Both the position numbers and the translations under genes were made by a program. This document shows, one piece after another, positions 36,901 to 49,298 of a stretch of 64,000 bases of DNA. Numbering within the stretch: the first letter of the stretch is position 1; each line of letters begins with the position of its first letter. Origin of the DNA: Lytechinus pictus (taxonomy: Eukaryota); assembly GCF_037042905.1 (NCBI RefSeq), contig NC_087247.1, positions 63,059,097-63,123,096 of the forward strand, read 5' to 3'. The notes below the pieces were generated by a model. It was given only the letters and a program-made list of their open reading frames with translations. It did not search any database and was not told the DNA's origin.

Positions 36901-37305
36901 CATTAACCGACGGTAGGGTATACGTGTGGGCTCGCATGTTTTCTCATTCCCACCCTTTTGTCAATTCACAGTCCAAAGTTTGATGTAATTTTACACATCG
37001 AATTTACAATCTAAGGATGTATAGCCATCAAACTTTTAAACCATGATATTTAGTGAAGACAATATTTTAAACGATATAGATTAAAAGGCATGAAAAATTA
37101 TACTTTACCGATGTTTAATTGGGTTGAACACGATCAAAATAGTCAATATGGCAGCCAAACTGTGAAATATTTACAAACGAACGGAGAGGGCGTCAACAAT
37201 CACGAATGTGATATCGATATTGCTTTCGATATTATACGATCTGCTCCTTATGCGAGCGAAACCGCTACGATCACAAGTAGCAGACGACAATCAAACGATC
37301 ACTTT

Positions 37306-37501
37306 AGTTCAAGCAGCATAAACGAAAGGCCTGCATGATGGATGCTGTAGCCAAGGGGATATTCGGGGAACACTTCACTCTCAAGCCTGACCAGCGGGAA
37401 GCGCTACAGTGTTTGGAGGACGGGAGAGACCTGTGGGTCCAGCTCCCCACTGGACATGGAAAGTCGGCGATTTTCACCGTCTTTCCGATATGGAAATCAA
37501 A
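37306..37501 (+). CDS. Isolated exon-like fragment encoding RecQ-family helicase motif 0/I: ...GIFGEHFTLKPDQREALQCLEDGRDLWVQLPTGHGKSAIF...
   Basis: Bounded by acceptor-like tttag| and donor-like AAAG|GTTATT. Peptide resembles the RecQ N-terminal helicase signature F..FRPGQ.EAI...L.GRD..V.MPTGGGKSLCYQ. No further helicase exons were recognised nearby. It may be a pseudogene or TE-carried fragment. Confidence 0.4.
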
Positions 37502-39066
37502 GGTTATTAATTTTTTAATAGGCCTACTTTATTATAAAATATTGGGAAAATGATAACTACCGTAGTATTAACTTTGACATTCAAAATGCAGCTTTCATCG
37601 TTTAGACCCAGATCTAGGTTTGTGGATCACTTAAATTCAAGCAGTATAAACATATGGCCTATTTATACTACATAATCGTTTCAATTGAATATCAAATGGC
37701 ACTAAAACACTTATATGATGCTATATCTGCATACTAGTCTAACACTGAACATAAAATGAGTGAAAAAATGATTTTAACAGAAAATATTTTTATAGGTTAG
37801 AAGTTCCCATAGACCACTACTCCAACTGACCAGACATACAGTCCCAGTTAAATCAAATACACAATTTATTACGTTTATTTACACCTTATTCTTTCTATTC
37901 TTCTTTCATTTTACACTATTTATTTTGTGTTGGGCTATTCTGATGACTGGCCACATTGAATGCATTTGTTTATTTCAATGTTTTTAAATCTTTTCTATGT
38001 GAACACTGACTGAAATTAAGTATAACGTCGATTATTGCAATCCACACAGTCAAGTCCTGGATCTTCTCGTATAGGCCTATACGTTCAAATCTCTGTACAG
38101 AGTTGCTATGATTGTCGTCTCAGGGGGATATGAGTCAATTTTGAAAAGACATTTCCAACATCTTTATACCTATCATATTTAGATGTCTGATTAAGAAACC
38201 TTCAAACACCCCCCCCCCCAAAAAAAAAAAGGGGGAACAAACTCTAAGAAATGATGTTAAAATTCTGCAATAGCTATCTATTCAAAGTGTTATTTGAGGG
38301 CTCCAATTATAGGCTTTATCATCGAACCATTCAAATTTGAAGGAAAGGGGAGTGTCTCCTTTGCGTCGCTATTATCACCACAATAGAGGCTATACTGCTT
38401 GTTTAAGACGACTCGTAATATTAGATCCATATTGACCTTTATACTCTCATGTAGGACCTTTAGGTCTAACTATTCTAAAAACGCAAAACTTTAAAGACAA
38501 TCAGACCAATTAATGCTACACAGAGTGAACGCCAATTCAGATCCACCCAATCGGCTGGCAAGAAAAAAAAGGAGAGAAAGAGAAAGGAAGAAAGAAAGTG
38601 GGGTTAAAGAAGAATTATTGTCGACCTATGTTATAATGATAATAATAATGGATGTGTAATGCGCCAAATCCACTCGGCAGGGTGCCCGAGGCGCAGTGAA
38701 AGAAAGAAAAACACAGAGAGAAAAATACAAAGTATGTTATAATATATGAAATTATATTACGTGTATTTTTATTTCAGAACTATTTATGAAACATAATTTG
38801 CTTAAATGTTAGTCCTATACTGGTGCTTGCGTTGTCTGTTTGATGAGATAAATAATCCTGTTTAAGGAGATTAAATGGTTCTAAATCATCCCGTTTCCAA
38901 GTCCATAAATATACACCAAATATATTTCCTTGTATTCGGATTTTTCAAAATTATTGTATGTAGTGACATTGATTTTTTTTAATGACTACTACATTTGCCG
39001 CATTTAAGGTCTAAATATAAAACATTTCCAGTCCGTGCTTACGTTGACATTAGTGCATTGGCCATA

Positions 39067-39498
39067 CAGTGGCGTACCGTGTGTCACGGCATGGGGGGAC
39101 CAGCAAAAAAAAATGAGTATAATAATAGAGGCATTTTAAGGGCAGTGCCATTAAACGGATATGTATATTACTGATAAAAAATAATGCGAGCGCCAAGCGC
39201 GAGCTGAAAATCTTTGATATTCAGACCTAAAAAGGGACACAAGCATTTTTTTGTAATTATGATACGTGCCCGTCTCGCTAAACAATGCAAAACTGCTGAA
39301 ATGTTTGTATTTATTGACCCCAAACAGGGACATTTTAAGGACAATAGGCCTATTTTAGGAATCCATATCCATGTACATATCTCAAAAGCTACGTTTCTCT
39401 TCCCTTCTCCCTCTTTTTCTCCTTTTCCCGTTTTTTAAATATTTTTGCCAGCCGAGGGGGGGGGGGGTGCCCCCATGTCCCCCGTAGTCACTCCACTG
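39067..39498. mobile_element. Element of the same family: CAGTGGCGTACCgtgtgtcacggcatGGGGGG ... GGGGGGGGGGGGtGCCCCCatgtCCCCCgtagtcactCCACTG
   Basis: Same terminal motif class; degenerate right end. Confidence 0.35.
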
Positions 39499-39938
39499 AT
39501 TGGTGAGATATGTCTACTCTTCATGACACGAGCGTAAATCCAGAGGGGGGTGGGGGTATGCATCCCCTCCCCCCACACTTTTCAACACAGAAAAAAAATA
39601 TTCTTTAATTATCAAATGGTCAATAACTTTTAGTATGTGGATTTATCTTTAAATGCAGTCAAGGTGCTTAAATTGGCCAAGTTTTTCCATTTTAAAGATG
39701 AAAAATTTCTCACTCGGCCGCTCTGCCCCGCGCTTAATCTAATTTGGCCTTGACAATCACTACGTTTAGCTTATTGCAGAGGTTAATTTATATCCACTGC
39801 GTAATGGGAATATGTTTATAATAATTCAATTTTTTAATATAAGATTCCAATGACTTTTAAATATGATGATAACTATGGACCTTAAACGAATCAAACATCC
39901 TTTAAATATACACTTTCGTGAATATGGGGGAGGGGCTG

Positions 39939-40325
39939 TCATAACTTGGAATCTCTGTGGAAGCGCAGGAATTTTTCACCAAAATATAGGCTCAGTCTTC
40001 TTCGTTTCTTCCGAAGAAATGGCGAAGCATAGCTGGTCACTTTCACTTTCCTCCCCAGGTTAACATTGATTCTACTAATTTTCTTTAATTTGGATTTATT
40101 TTCAATTACATTTGAATTGCTTTCAGATAATTTTGAAATTATTCTGCAACATCTGTCGCAAATGAATTTTTTTGATTTTTGATCTGGTGTCACTTTAATT
40201 CCCAATGATTCGACAGCGTCAGCAGTGGTGTAATCACGGTGATCCAATTTTGCATTCAAAGATCTTCTTTTATTAGGATGATTATTCAAATTACGGTCAC
40301 AATTACAACACCAGTAGTCAGCCAT
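39939..40325 (-). CDS. Hypothetical 128-aa ORF with CxC...(about 45 aa)...ICDRCC spacing reminiscent of a C4 zinc-binding (ZAD-like) module
   Basis: MADYWCCNCDRNL...KKFICDRCCRIISKLSE; followed by a K/R-rich basic stretch. No splice or homology support beyond the cysteine spacing. Confidence 0.2.
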   Translation of the reverse strand: MADYWCCNCDRNLNNHPNKRRSLNAKLDHRDYTTADAVESLGIKVTPDQKSKKFICDRCCRIISKLSESNSNVIENKSKLKKISRINVNLGRKVKVTSYASPFLRKKRRRLSLYFGEKFLRFHRDSKL

Positions 40326-40744
40326 AATTACTAAAATGAATTAATGAATCAAATAAAATTACCACCAGCAATCAGCACACCTAACGTTATACATGGCAAT
40401 ATACGAATAAAATAATACGATACGATACACTACACGAAGATAAACGATACTAGTTATAATCGCGATAAATCGAGACATGAAAAAGTTAATAACGATAATG
40501 ACGTCATTCAAGATGGCAACTTGCAAGAAAAACCGTCAGGTCAGGTGAAAATGTCTTAGATGACAGATTTCTCAATCATCCAGAGGATTTTTTTCAATAA
40601 CTCCGGCCCAAGGTATGCAATTAGCTTAAGTTATCTATATTACACTGATAATGGAAACCATGAAAATGTCAATTTTGCCTAAAAAAAGTTTTAAATCGCG
40701 ATCTATAAAACGCTAGTTCACTATACGTTGGCTGTAGGTAGGGG

Positions 40745-41195
40745 CCCCCTCCGCTTCAGTCTATGTATGGTGAGTGAGCCAACGCAGTTCAGCGGAACAA
40801 CCAAAATACAGAGACTGAAGCTTTTGGTCTAAACGAGTGGCAGTTTCCTGACATCTGGGCACAGACTGGAACCTCAAAAAAACGAAAAGTTCTCTCCTTC
40901 TACCCCCGTTTCGATCGGCCATTTTTGTTAAAAATCGTAACAAAATGGCCGATTGAGACTGGGGTAGAGGAGAGAACTTTTCTATTTTTTGAGGTTCCAG
41001 TCTGTGCCCAGATGTCAGGAAACTGCCACTCGTTAGACCTTCATCCATATAATCGTGGTAATTGTATACTTTCTGTTTTCACAATTCATTTGGAGAAATA
41101 TTTAGACCATAAATCACCCTAGTCCGGTGAATATGGTCAAATACACGGTAAGCTTCTGGGCTCCCGCCCGCTGCACGGGCGGGAGCTCTCTGGGT
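40745..41195. repeat. Third copy of the palindrome element, inverted relative to the 14.4-kb copy; left arm truncated, right outer palindrome gggctcccgcccgctgcacgggcgggagctc at 41159-41189
   Basis: 40826-41040 matches the ctaacgagtggcagtttcctgacatctgggcacagactggaacctc...ccatttttgtt...aacaaaatggcc... core. 40745-40830 is the reverse complement of 14150-14230. Confidence 0.75.
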
Positions 41196-41439
41196 TAATT
41201 GCGAGGTTGTATGCCATACTCACCCAAGCCAAGGGTTCATTACATGCCGCCGCGCACAGAAAAATCAAGCCATAGAAGTTGTGTGTTGTGGACACCAGGG
41301 GCCTGTTGCATGAAAGGGTCTTTCGTAGAACCATTCTACGTAAGAACGAGATATCGCTCAACTGTTTCACAAAGCCGATTTGGGCGATACGAAGAACGGC
41401 CAACGGTCCTCTTGGAAAGACACCTCCAGACCACTCACA

Positions 41440-42200
41440 CGTATTGCGAGGTTAGTATTAGTATATTAACCTCGCACCACGAACCGCGTTTGGCAGTGGA
41501 TTTCTAACTAGTGGGTCGCGCATGCTGGGATCTCACTTCTTGGGTCCACAACACACAACTTCTATTGCTTGAATTTTCTGTGCGCGGCGGCATGTAATGA
41601 ACCCTTGGGTGCCTCCAGACCACCCATGGGTTCATATCGTCTCGCGTGCGAAGGAATATCAGTCATATGCACGCGACACACACAACACATCCAAAATATA
41701 CTGGGCTTTTGCCCACATAAAATATCACGCATAATCTGGTATTTCACATTCTGCTATGACACTTACCGAATCATTTAGATCCTTCCGTGACTTCTCCTTG
41801 AAGTTTCTTTTTAAAAATATGTATATTTTCTTGATCTTTAGTGAAGATTTCACGGAGATAATAATTGGTCAGCGTGGATATCACTTTTCGCCTGAAGAGG
41901 GCGCGCGATTTATATTCATATCAAAGACACGACAAGGGAACGACTAGGCACCTACACTATTTTACACGCAAATCGACGCAAGGCATTACGCGAAGTCCGT
42001 GAAGTGTCCAATCTTTTCATTGTATAGACTTTGGTATAGTGCCGTATTATTGACGTTCGTTAAAGCTTGTACTGCTGGTTTTGTTCCAGGCATGTGTACT
42101 TTTTAAATTTTTTTTTATTAGTCATCGTTCTAAATTAATTGCAAAAAAGTGTTATCGTCGCCAATAGTAATCTTGAATTATGTTTTTGAAGGTATTTTAT
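41440..42200 (+). repeat. Mosaic interspersed repeat module copy; related copies at 12540-12960 (and its duplicate 15665-16085) and 2090-2400
   Basis: Shared blocks: gcgaggttagta...tactaacctcgc palindrome; gacccactcatgggttcaatgcatctcgcgtgcgaagga; gctatgacacttaccgaa; aagagggcgcgcgat; cgtaaatcga(t/c)gcaa(a/g)gc(g/a)ttacgcgaagtc...gtgtccaatctttt. Confidence 0.7.
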
Positions 42201-44752
42201 TTATTGGTGCCCATAATTAGTAAATTAATCATAAGAATTGCGCATTCAAAGAATTTAGACACAGTTATAAAATTACCGAGGAGTTGAATCAAGGTTGTGA
42301 AATTTATTAGCGCCACCACCGGGCTTCCTTGTATTTCCGTAGAAGAGACAAACGAAGTCACTTGCTAGGCCGAGGTAAGCGAAATTTGCTCTTTTTGTAA
42401 TGAAATTACTTCATAATCATATGTATAATTTTTTTATGTATTGCTACTTACCGGAAAGAGCCCCGGTGCGTAGCGAGAAGGAGTTTCGGCAAATATTACT
42501 TCAGCAATGAAGCGATGTTTGCCGACTACTTCGAAATCCAGGGTCAAACACGGTCCCTTGTACGAGGTTAGTATATATACTAACCTCGTATTAGTGTGAG
42601 TGCCTCCAGACATGTCCTACGTAGGCATGATCTTCTTTGCACACCGCCCGCCACCGTCGGCATTGAGAGAAAATGCGTTTACGGCAAGCCACACTGACAT
42701 ATCACCTTTAAACATTTTTTGGGGTTGCACACTGATGCATTTTATCTGGGATGGTGCCAAGTTATTTTTTATATGGGGGCTAGTTGTCATCAATTTCAGG
42801 TCGTCTTTTTGCACGGCAAGACGACCAAAAACAGATGTCATTTTAACTTCTCCGGGCATTATGTCCGGGGGTAATGTAGGCCCAAATAATTTTTTTAACA
42901 TGTTTTCTTTTATTCTCCGTCCTAGCTATCCCCATACCATTTCCATTACTTTTTTTTAAATATCGAAATGGGCGGCACCATCTCTCTGACCCCTCATGCT
43001 TTCTCATTATAGATAATCAAACAACATGAAAACAAATTTCTTTAAAAGAAATTATTATTAATTTTAATCAATGAAAATTAATTGTCGGATTTGGGCTAAC
43101 TTGAGATGTGAAACAGTGAAACAAAACAAAAAATTTGCAGTAACAAAATAGCTAATTGAATTTAAGATACAGATTATGGCTTACGAAACCATCACAATTA
43201 TTACAAAAGCTAGTTCATGAAAAAAAATTATGGAAAGTCCATACGAAGAGGCGTATTTTAAATCGTAGGATAGGCCCCTTTCGGCCCCTATGTATTGTTA
43301 AAGCAATAATGTAGTCTCTACTCCTCAACTTTGAAATGTTGAACATATATATTTTTTATATTCTTAAACCTTATATTCTTATAAGTGATCAACTTTAAAG
43401 ATGACCAACGTTTATGATCATTGTAATATTTAGCATTATTTCTGTAAAAAGTATTTTTTCCATTGTGGATTGCACACCTTTTTCTATGTTTTAATTGTTA
43501 TTGCAAAGCACTACTTTATCCACTTGGACATGCATGTTTGCAGCAATTTTCATATTTTCCTTGTCTTCGGTTACTCATGATGCAACTGAGTTATGGTTAT
43601 ACTCACATTTGTATTTCTTGCGTTATATCTGACAAATAAAATAAATAAGTTAGATTTTTCACAGGCAGCCTCTCATATTTTCCTTTTTAGTCTCATACAA
43701 TCAGACACTGTTGATTTTGTTTATTCCATTCAAACCCTATTATTACCTCAACAGATAACATATTAACGCATAATTTGCAAAATCATCATTATGTATATGT
43801 ATTCTATAAAAAATCAGTATATTGAACTAATAAAATGTCGAAATTACTTAGTTAAATCAATTTTTATGTCGGACAAGGGTCTCTTTCGTTGAAATATCAA
43901 TGAAAGGTGTCTCTAAAAGGACACCGTGTTCTAAATAAGGGAAATAATGAAAATTTTGATTTTAAACAGTTATGTTTGTGAATCTTGAGAGTTATTTCTC
44001 TTTTTACCTCATAAAGTACGCTCCATACATGTACATCAATTCTTCAATCAGTAATAAATAAAACATTATTTGATTCCCTTTTATTGAAATATATGATTTT
44101 ATGAAAAGTCATCATTCCGAAATAAAAGGTTCAGGTGACGATGAAGACTAAATATTTTTCCGATACTATCGATATCAAACGATGTCGCGGACTTGAAAGA
44201 CAAAATTGCATTCGTGAAACGGAAAGCGCTGATTTGTCGCCAATCCTCCTATCTCGGAAGAATGGTCCTAGGACGTTTCTACGTATCGCTCATCTCGTCA
44301 TGCAACAGGCCCCAGAACTTCAGAATTCTGATCCCAGCACGCGCGACCCACTAGTTAGAAATCCACTGCCAAACGCGGTTCATGGTGCGAGGTTAGTAAT
44401 AGTAATACTAACCTCGCAATACGTGTGAGTGTGCCATACTAACCTCGCACTACGAACGTGTTTAAGCAATAGATTTTAGAGTTGTTGGTTAACATCGCAT
44501 CATAACGCGAATAATGTTAGCCGAAACTCATACCGCTACTCACCAGGGCCTTTTCTGGTGAAAAGCGTGAAGCGTTCCATTTTCAATTTCTTAAATATTT
44601 TTTATATAAAAAGCACATAAAAAAGAGCAAAATCGCAATACCTCGGCCTGGAAAGTGGCTTTGGATGTCTCTTTCCCTTTCCTGCCATTTTGCCCTTGCC
44701 ATTTCAATGTCTTTTAATTTCCCTTTCTCATGCCAATGTATTATTAGCACTT

Positions 44753-45006
44753 AGTGGCGTAACGAGCTAACATTTTTGAAGGGCTAGATATTGCGGCATA
44801 TCGGGCCAAATTTATCACAAATTTGCCAGGGAGCAAAGCAACCGAGCAAAAAATATCAAATTTTGTAATAGATTTTGACATAAAATATCATATTTCGCTC
44901 TTCTATCTTTCGTTTTCTTTCTTTTCCTTTATTCTTTTTTATTGGTGGTGATTTTTTGGGGGCAAGTTTCCCAATCCCCCCCCCCCCCCCCCGTCTGCAG
45001 CCACTC
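44753..45006. mobile_element. Element of the same family: AGTGGCGTAACgagc ... tttttGGGGGcaagtttCCCaatC18gtctgcagCCACTC. The interior matches 5980-6190 and 4810-4850.
   Basis: Shared internal string aaattttgt(a/g)t(t)agattttgacataaa(a/t)tat... and gaatgatttgttctttctcacatg. Confidence 0.4.
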
Positions 45007-45089
45007 ATTCCGAATGATTTGTTCTTTCTCACATGTCTTCTAACTTTCCTTCTTTTTCCCACCTTCCTTATGTATTCCCTTTTTATGTT

Positions 45090-45870
45090 CTAAAATTCCC
45101 TTTTCTTTTCACTTTTCCCTCCCTCCCTCCCTCCCTCCCTGAAATGATCTGAAATATCAGAAATAAGTATTCCTGAACGTATAGAGCAAGTGTCGTTAGT
45201 TATAATGTTGTCTATTACAGAAACAGAATGCGGAGTGACACGAGTTGGATATTTTATAAGAGGAATCATAGAGTGAGGCATGAGTAAATCAACAAAATCA
45301 GTTACACTCTGTACTTAACCAACATTCAGTAAATTAATGTTAAAGTCACCAATTATATATAAAACATTTTTTCCTCTATTTACAATTCAAACAAATTTAT
45401 GAGAAATGAAAAAAAATGATCTGTTTGGTAACCGGGAGGCCTATAAATAACACCAAGCAATACAGAATATTTATGATTACAAATTTCAATAAAAATACTT
45501 TCGGTGAAATCATTATTTACATCAAGATCACATCGACGTTTAAAACTAATGTCGGATCGAATAAAAATACCAACACCTCCACCACGTCTAGTCTTCCTGC
45601 TATTATTAATGAATTCATAATTATCAAGATTATACATAGGTAGAGTTGACTGATCATTAATCCATGTTTCTGATATACCAATTACAGACGGTTGGATTGA
45701 AAGAGAACTAATAAATAAAGACAAATTATCAAAGTTACGACATAAGCTTCTACAGTTGACATGAATGCAAGATAACTTGCTAGCAACTGTTTCAGAAAAG
45801 TAAGTATTTGACAAAAAATTATTGAATTCAGAAGGAGTGTAATAAGCTTCTGCATGTAGAGGACCGTGGT
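45090..45870 (-). pseudogene. Truncated, frameshifted non-LTR retrotransposon (LINE, CR1/L2/jockey-like) ORF2 apurinic-endonuclease domain
   Basis: Minus-strand ORF 45380..46063 contains LSCIHVNCRSL...IGISETW...RKTRRGGGVGIFIRSD...LLGVIYRPP. The second frame 45090..45281 continues with IDNIITNDT...SGILISDISDHF. These are the hallmark EN motifs (GGGVAIY, RPP, SDH). The frameshift and lack of a downstream RT indicate a dead copy. Confidence 0.7.
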
Positions 45871-46396
45871 CACTTACAAAATCAGCTGGAGTTACATATT
45901 CTTGCAGATTATCTACATCAATTTCATTTAGATAATTCAAAACACGATTTTGGCGAGCCATTTCATGAAAAACAAACAAATACAAAAAAGAAGCTGGAAA
46001 ATATAAACAACAATCACCAAGGAGCAAAATGTTAAAAAAAAAAAAAATTACAGGAGTAATCAAAACTTAAATACAACATTTACATGTATTTACAATAAAA
46101 AGAATATATGCAGGGTATATGTGGTTATCCAATATACAAAGGGTTTGGCAACAGACAATAAGATGCAACAATCGGAACACTAGGAGAAGATTGTTCAATA
46201 CGATATACATTAAGCTGAATTGGTGTAATTGGTGTAATGACATACTTATTCACAGTAATGAAACAGTGAGAAATAAAATGAAAGGAGGAAAGCCAAAGCA
46301 GCAAGAAAGAAGGAGGAGAAAAATAACATTTCCATTCAATAAAATACATTTTTCCCTACAGGCATTTCACAGTATACTGGCTGGTATACATAAACA

Positions 46397-46401
46397 ATGA
46401 G
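46397..46401 (+). CDS. COMMD4: COMMD4 orthologue, tentative exon 1 coding part (ATG+AG followed by donor GTATGT). Joining to acceptor cagAG at 47520/47521 would give M-R-F-R-F-C-G-D, matching the human N-terminus MRFRFCGD.
   Basis: ATGAG|GTATGT at 46397-46407. An in-frame stop TAA at 47514-47516 sits immediately upstream of exon 2, so the initiator must lie in an upstream exon. This is the only nearby ATG-donor that reconstructs the conserved MRFRF start; other candidates were not excluded. Confidence 0.3.
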
Positions 46402-47519
46402 GTATGTAAACGAGAGTATACAAATAACATGTAATACCGGTACATAAACATCTATTAGCATGTATTTATTTAATAACATTCTGAAGTGGTACTCCAGAAT
46501 ACATGTACATATTGTATACAAAAGTAATATTAACGGTAATAACATAAGAATTTAGAAGGAAAGCCAAGGGAGCAATAAACTAAGAGAAAGGAAAAGAAGA
46601 GGAGGTACATGCACATGGTATAACTATAGAATGAGCAATACAATTTCCATTCAAGGCAATGTAACAAATATAGCCTAGATTCATATTATGCTGAAATATT
46701 ACGTGAGCATATCAGAAAATCCATGTGAATAATAGGTCTACATTAAGAGTATACACACAATTATAGAAGTGCATGTAAAGTGTAAACATTGAGAATCAAG
46801 GAATAAGCCATGTCATCACAAGAAAGAAGACGAGCCAGTCGAGAGAAAATTCAGGAAGGAAAGAAGAGAGTCCATGCATGTACATGGCATAACTATAGAA
46901 TGAACATTTAGGGGTTTTTTTTTCTCATTTTGGGTGTTTTCTTTGTCACGGATGCTTTCCACTCTCCGGGCAATCCAATAGACTACGGTACTTAACATGT
47001 AAATAATGTTAGACTTTTGTGCTTGTGCGTCGATTGTAGCACATTCACTCAAAATATAACTGACCAAATTTGTTAATATGTTCAATTTTCACTCATTAAT
47101 CTGCCAGACCAAATGAATATTTAGATATAGGGCCAGGCTCTAGCCAAGTTTGTTTTTTGTCAAAATTTGAAAAAATGCCAAAGCCACCCCACCCCCCCTT
47201 AATGATGAGTACTCTTTCAAGTACTCACCATTGGGGCAAAGGAAATCACAGAAATTTACACAAAATACACATTTACCTGACATTTTTCATTTGTGATTTC
47301 GTGGCATCTAACTCTCAGTCAAACTCTTCGAACTCGGATCATAAAAATGGCACAGTATGTAAATTATGATTAAGACAAGAAATTTTATTCGCCATACATG
47401 TAGTTGGGAAGAAACTTAAAAAGAGAAAATTTTCAAATTTGGTTATTGATTGAGCTTTTTGTTTTGTTTTTGTTCAACTATCTAATTATGTCTCTTTCAT
47501 TACCATGGCATGATAACAG

Positions 47520-47591
47520 AGATTCAGATTTTGTGGAGATTTGGACTGCCCCGATTGGGTGCTTGCAGAGATCAGCATTCTGAGTAAAATA
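47520..47591 (+). CDS. COMMD4: COMMD4 exon 2: [24 protein letters not shown]. The acceptor may be the AG at 47518-19 or the one at 47520-21 (NAGNAG).
   Basis: Direct translation. Very close to human COMMD4 N-terminus (M)[23 protein letters not shown], recalled from memory. Pyrimidine-poor acceptor ...ataacag; donor GTGAGT at 47592. Confidence 0.85.
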
Positions 47592-48467
47592 GTGAGTTTT
47601 GCTTGAAAATAGTTATTCTTTTTGTGTTATTATGGTTCTGGCCTATCAGCAATAGGCTACTTTGTTAATGATTAATGGCTTAATCCTTGAAGATGTTAAT
47701 TACTTTTGTTATTATTTTCATAATTGCTATTCTTAGTAATGATAATCATAATGATATTAATACCAATGATGATGATGATGATAATGGTAATAATAATATT
47801 CAATTAAGGTAAGGATAATGTTGTGTCGCAGTGAATGTTGATGATGACATAATTTCTTTTGCTGTTATAATCATATTTATCAACAATGCCTGTAGCATTG
47901 ACTTGCCATAAAAATGTAATTTACTGGTAGATCAATTAAGTGCAGTGTCAAGGAATTATTTACTAACTTGTATGACCCTTGTAAGGTACCTCAGGTCATT
48001 TGATAATGACATTGTATTATAAATGATAGAGATAGTAATACTACTAGCATGCTTGAATGAGTACAACTATGACTTCTAATGGTGATTGTTATAAAGAGCA
48101 ATATTGTAATGAATTAGTAGTACACATATTAGGAGTATGAATAATGGCAGTATATGTAGTTGCAGTAGAAGAGATGAGAGGATGAAGAAGAAAGGTGGAA
48201 GTAGGAGGATAAAAAGGATTTGGACTATGAGATGGAGAGTGAGAAGGAAAATGAAAAGAATGAATAGCATTCAGTTGAAATTCTTGATTGACTGATCTAC
48301 TATCCCTTTCATTTGATCAAGCCTATTGAAATAACTGCTAAGAAAATATCAATTCAAAATTTTCTATGTATTTACCTATTGGTAAAGTTTGAAATTGTGT
48401 CATTTTCTATTGTAAAATATTCAAGCTGTTTAATGAATCTTGTGATAATTTTTAATTTTTACTACAG

Positions 48468-48533
48468 ACGTCTGTTAAAATGAAGCTTCTATGCATCCAA
48501 GTTATCAAAGATCTTCTTGGAGATAGTATTGAT
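48468..48533 (+). CDS. COMMD4: COMMD4 exon 3: TSVKMKLLCIQVIKDLLGDSID
   Basis: Acceptor ctacag|, donor |GTGAGT at 48534. Matches human [22 protein letters not shown]; phase-0 junctions are consistent with exons 2 and 4. Confidence 0.8.
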
Positions 48534-49258
48534 GTGAGTAATTTTCATGTTATAAAATGACATTCATGTATGTATTTTGATATTGTAATTTGCGTTCCAT
48601 TGATAATTTGGTCCCAGAGAACACTTTGACATATATTGTGATCATCAGCATGGTTGGAGCAGTAAGATTAAGGTACCTTGTCAAAGGTCTGCGTGGCATC
48701 TTTTTTAGCAGGAATTCAGCTTTAATGCATCTTTTCATTGTTGCTTCCCTGTATTCCCAATTGTTTTGTCTAGGATGAAGTGTGAGAATTTGTAATCAAA
48801 CGCCCATTGGGGAATTCATGCATGAGAGACATGGCTCTGACTTTTTAACAAGTTACCTTATTTTGAAACGCCTGATTTTTTTTTTCATGACTTTTTGTAG
48901 TGCAACTGACCAATTCTTATGTTGTCATGGTGTTCAAAGTATAATCTTTCCCAAAGAATTAATTTAAAGCTTTGGTTGTCAAGTTAAATTCCCATTAGAA
49001 ACTTGGCAGAAAGACTCGTTCTTATAAAATTGACAAAACTAAGTAATAGAATGGACACATAAAAGTGTAATGTGACTGACCTTGGAATTCCCCTATAAAT
49101 TTTCAAATTCCTCTTGAAAGTATCCAAGTACAAACATATTTTTCATTGTTGACTATTTATGTAATCAAAACATTGCTTATGATTTTCTCATGTTTTAGTT
49201 TTAAACAAAAATATTGATAATGCTTGCCCATTTAATTGCATTGAAATTGTTATTGCAG

Positions 49259-49298
49259 TTTGAAAAAGTTTACAAGTTAACAGCAGACGCAAAGTATG
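49259..49298 (+). CDS. COMMD4: COMMD4 exon 4: FEKVYKLTADAKY plus first nucleotide of the next codon
   Basis: Acceptor ttattgcag|, donor |GTAAGT at 49299. Matches human YEKILKLTADAKFE. Ends in phase 1 (g), completed by aa at 54749 to give E. Confidence 0.75.

Noticed and set aside
40502-40509. Perfect CRE palindrome TGACGTCA
   Set aside because: A single 8-mer is expected about once by chance in 64 kb and is not significant on its own. Mentioned only as context for the adjacent ORF.
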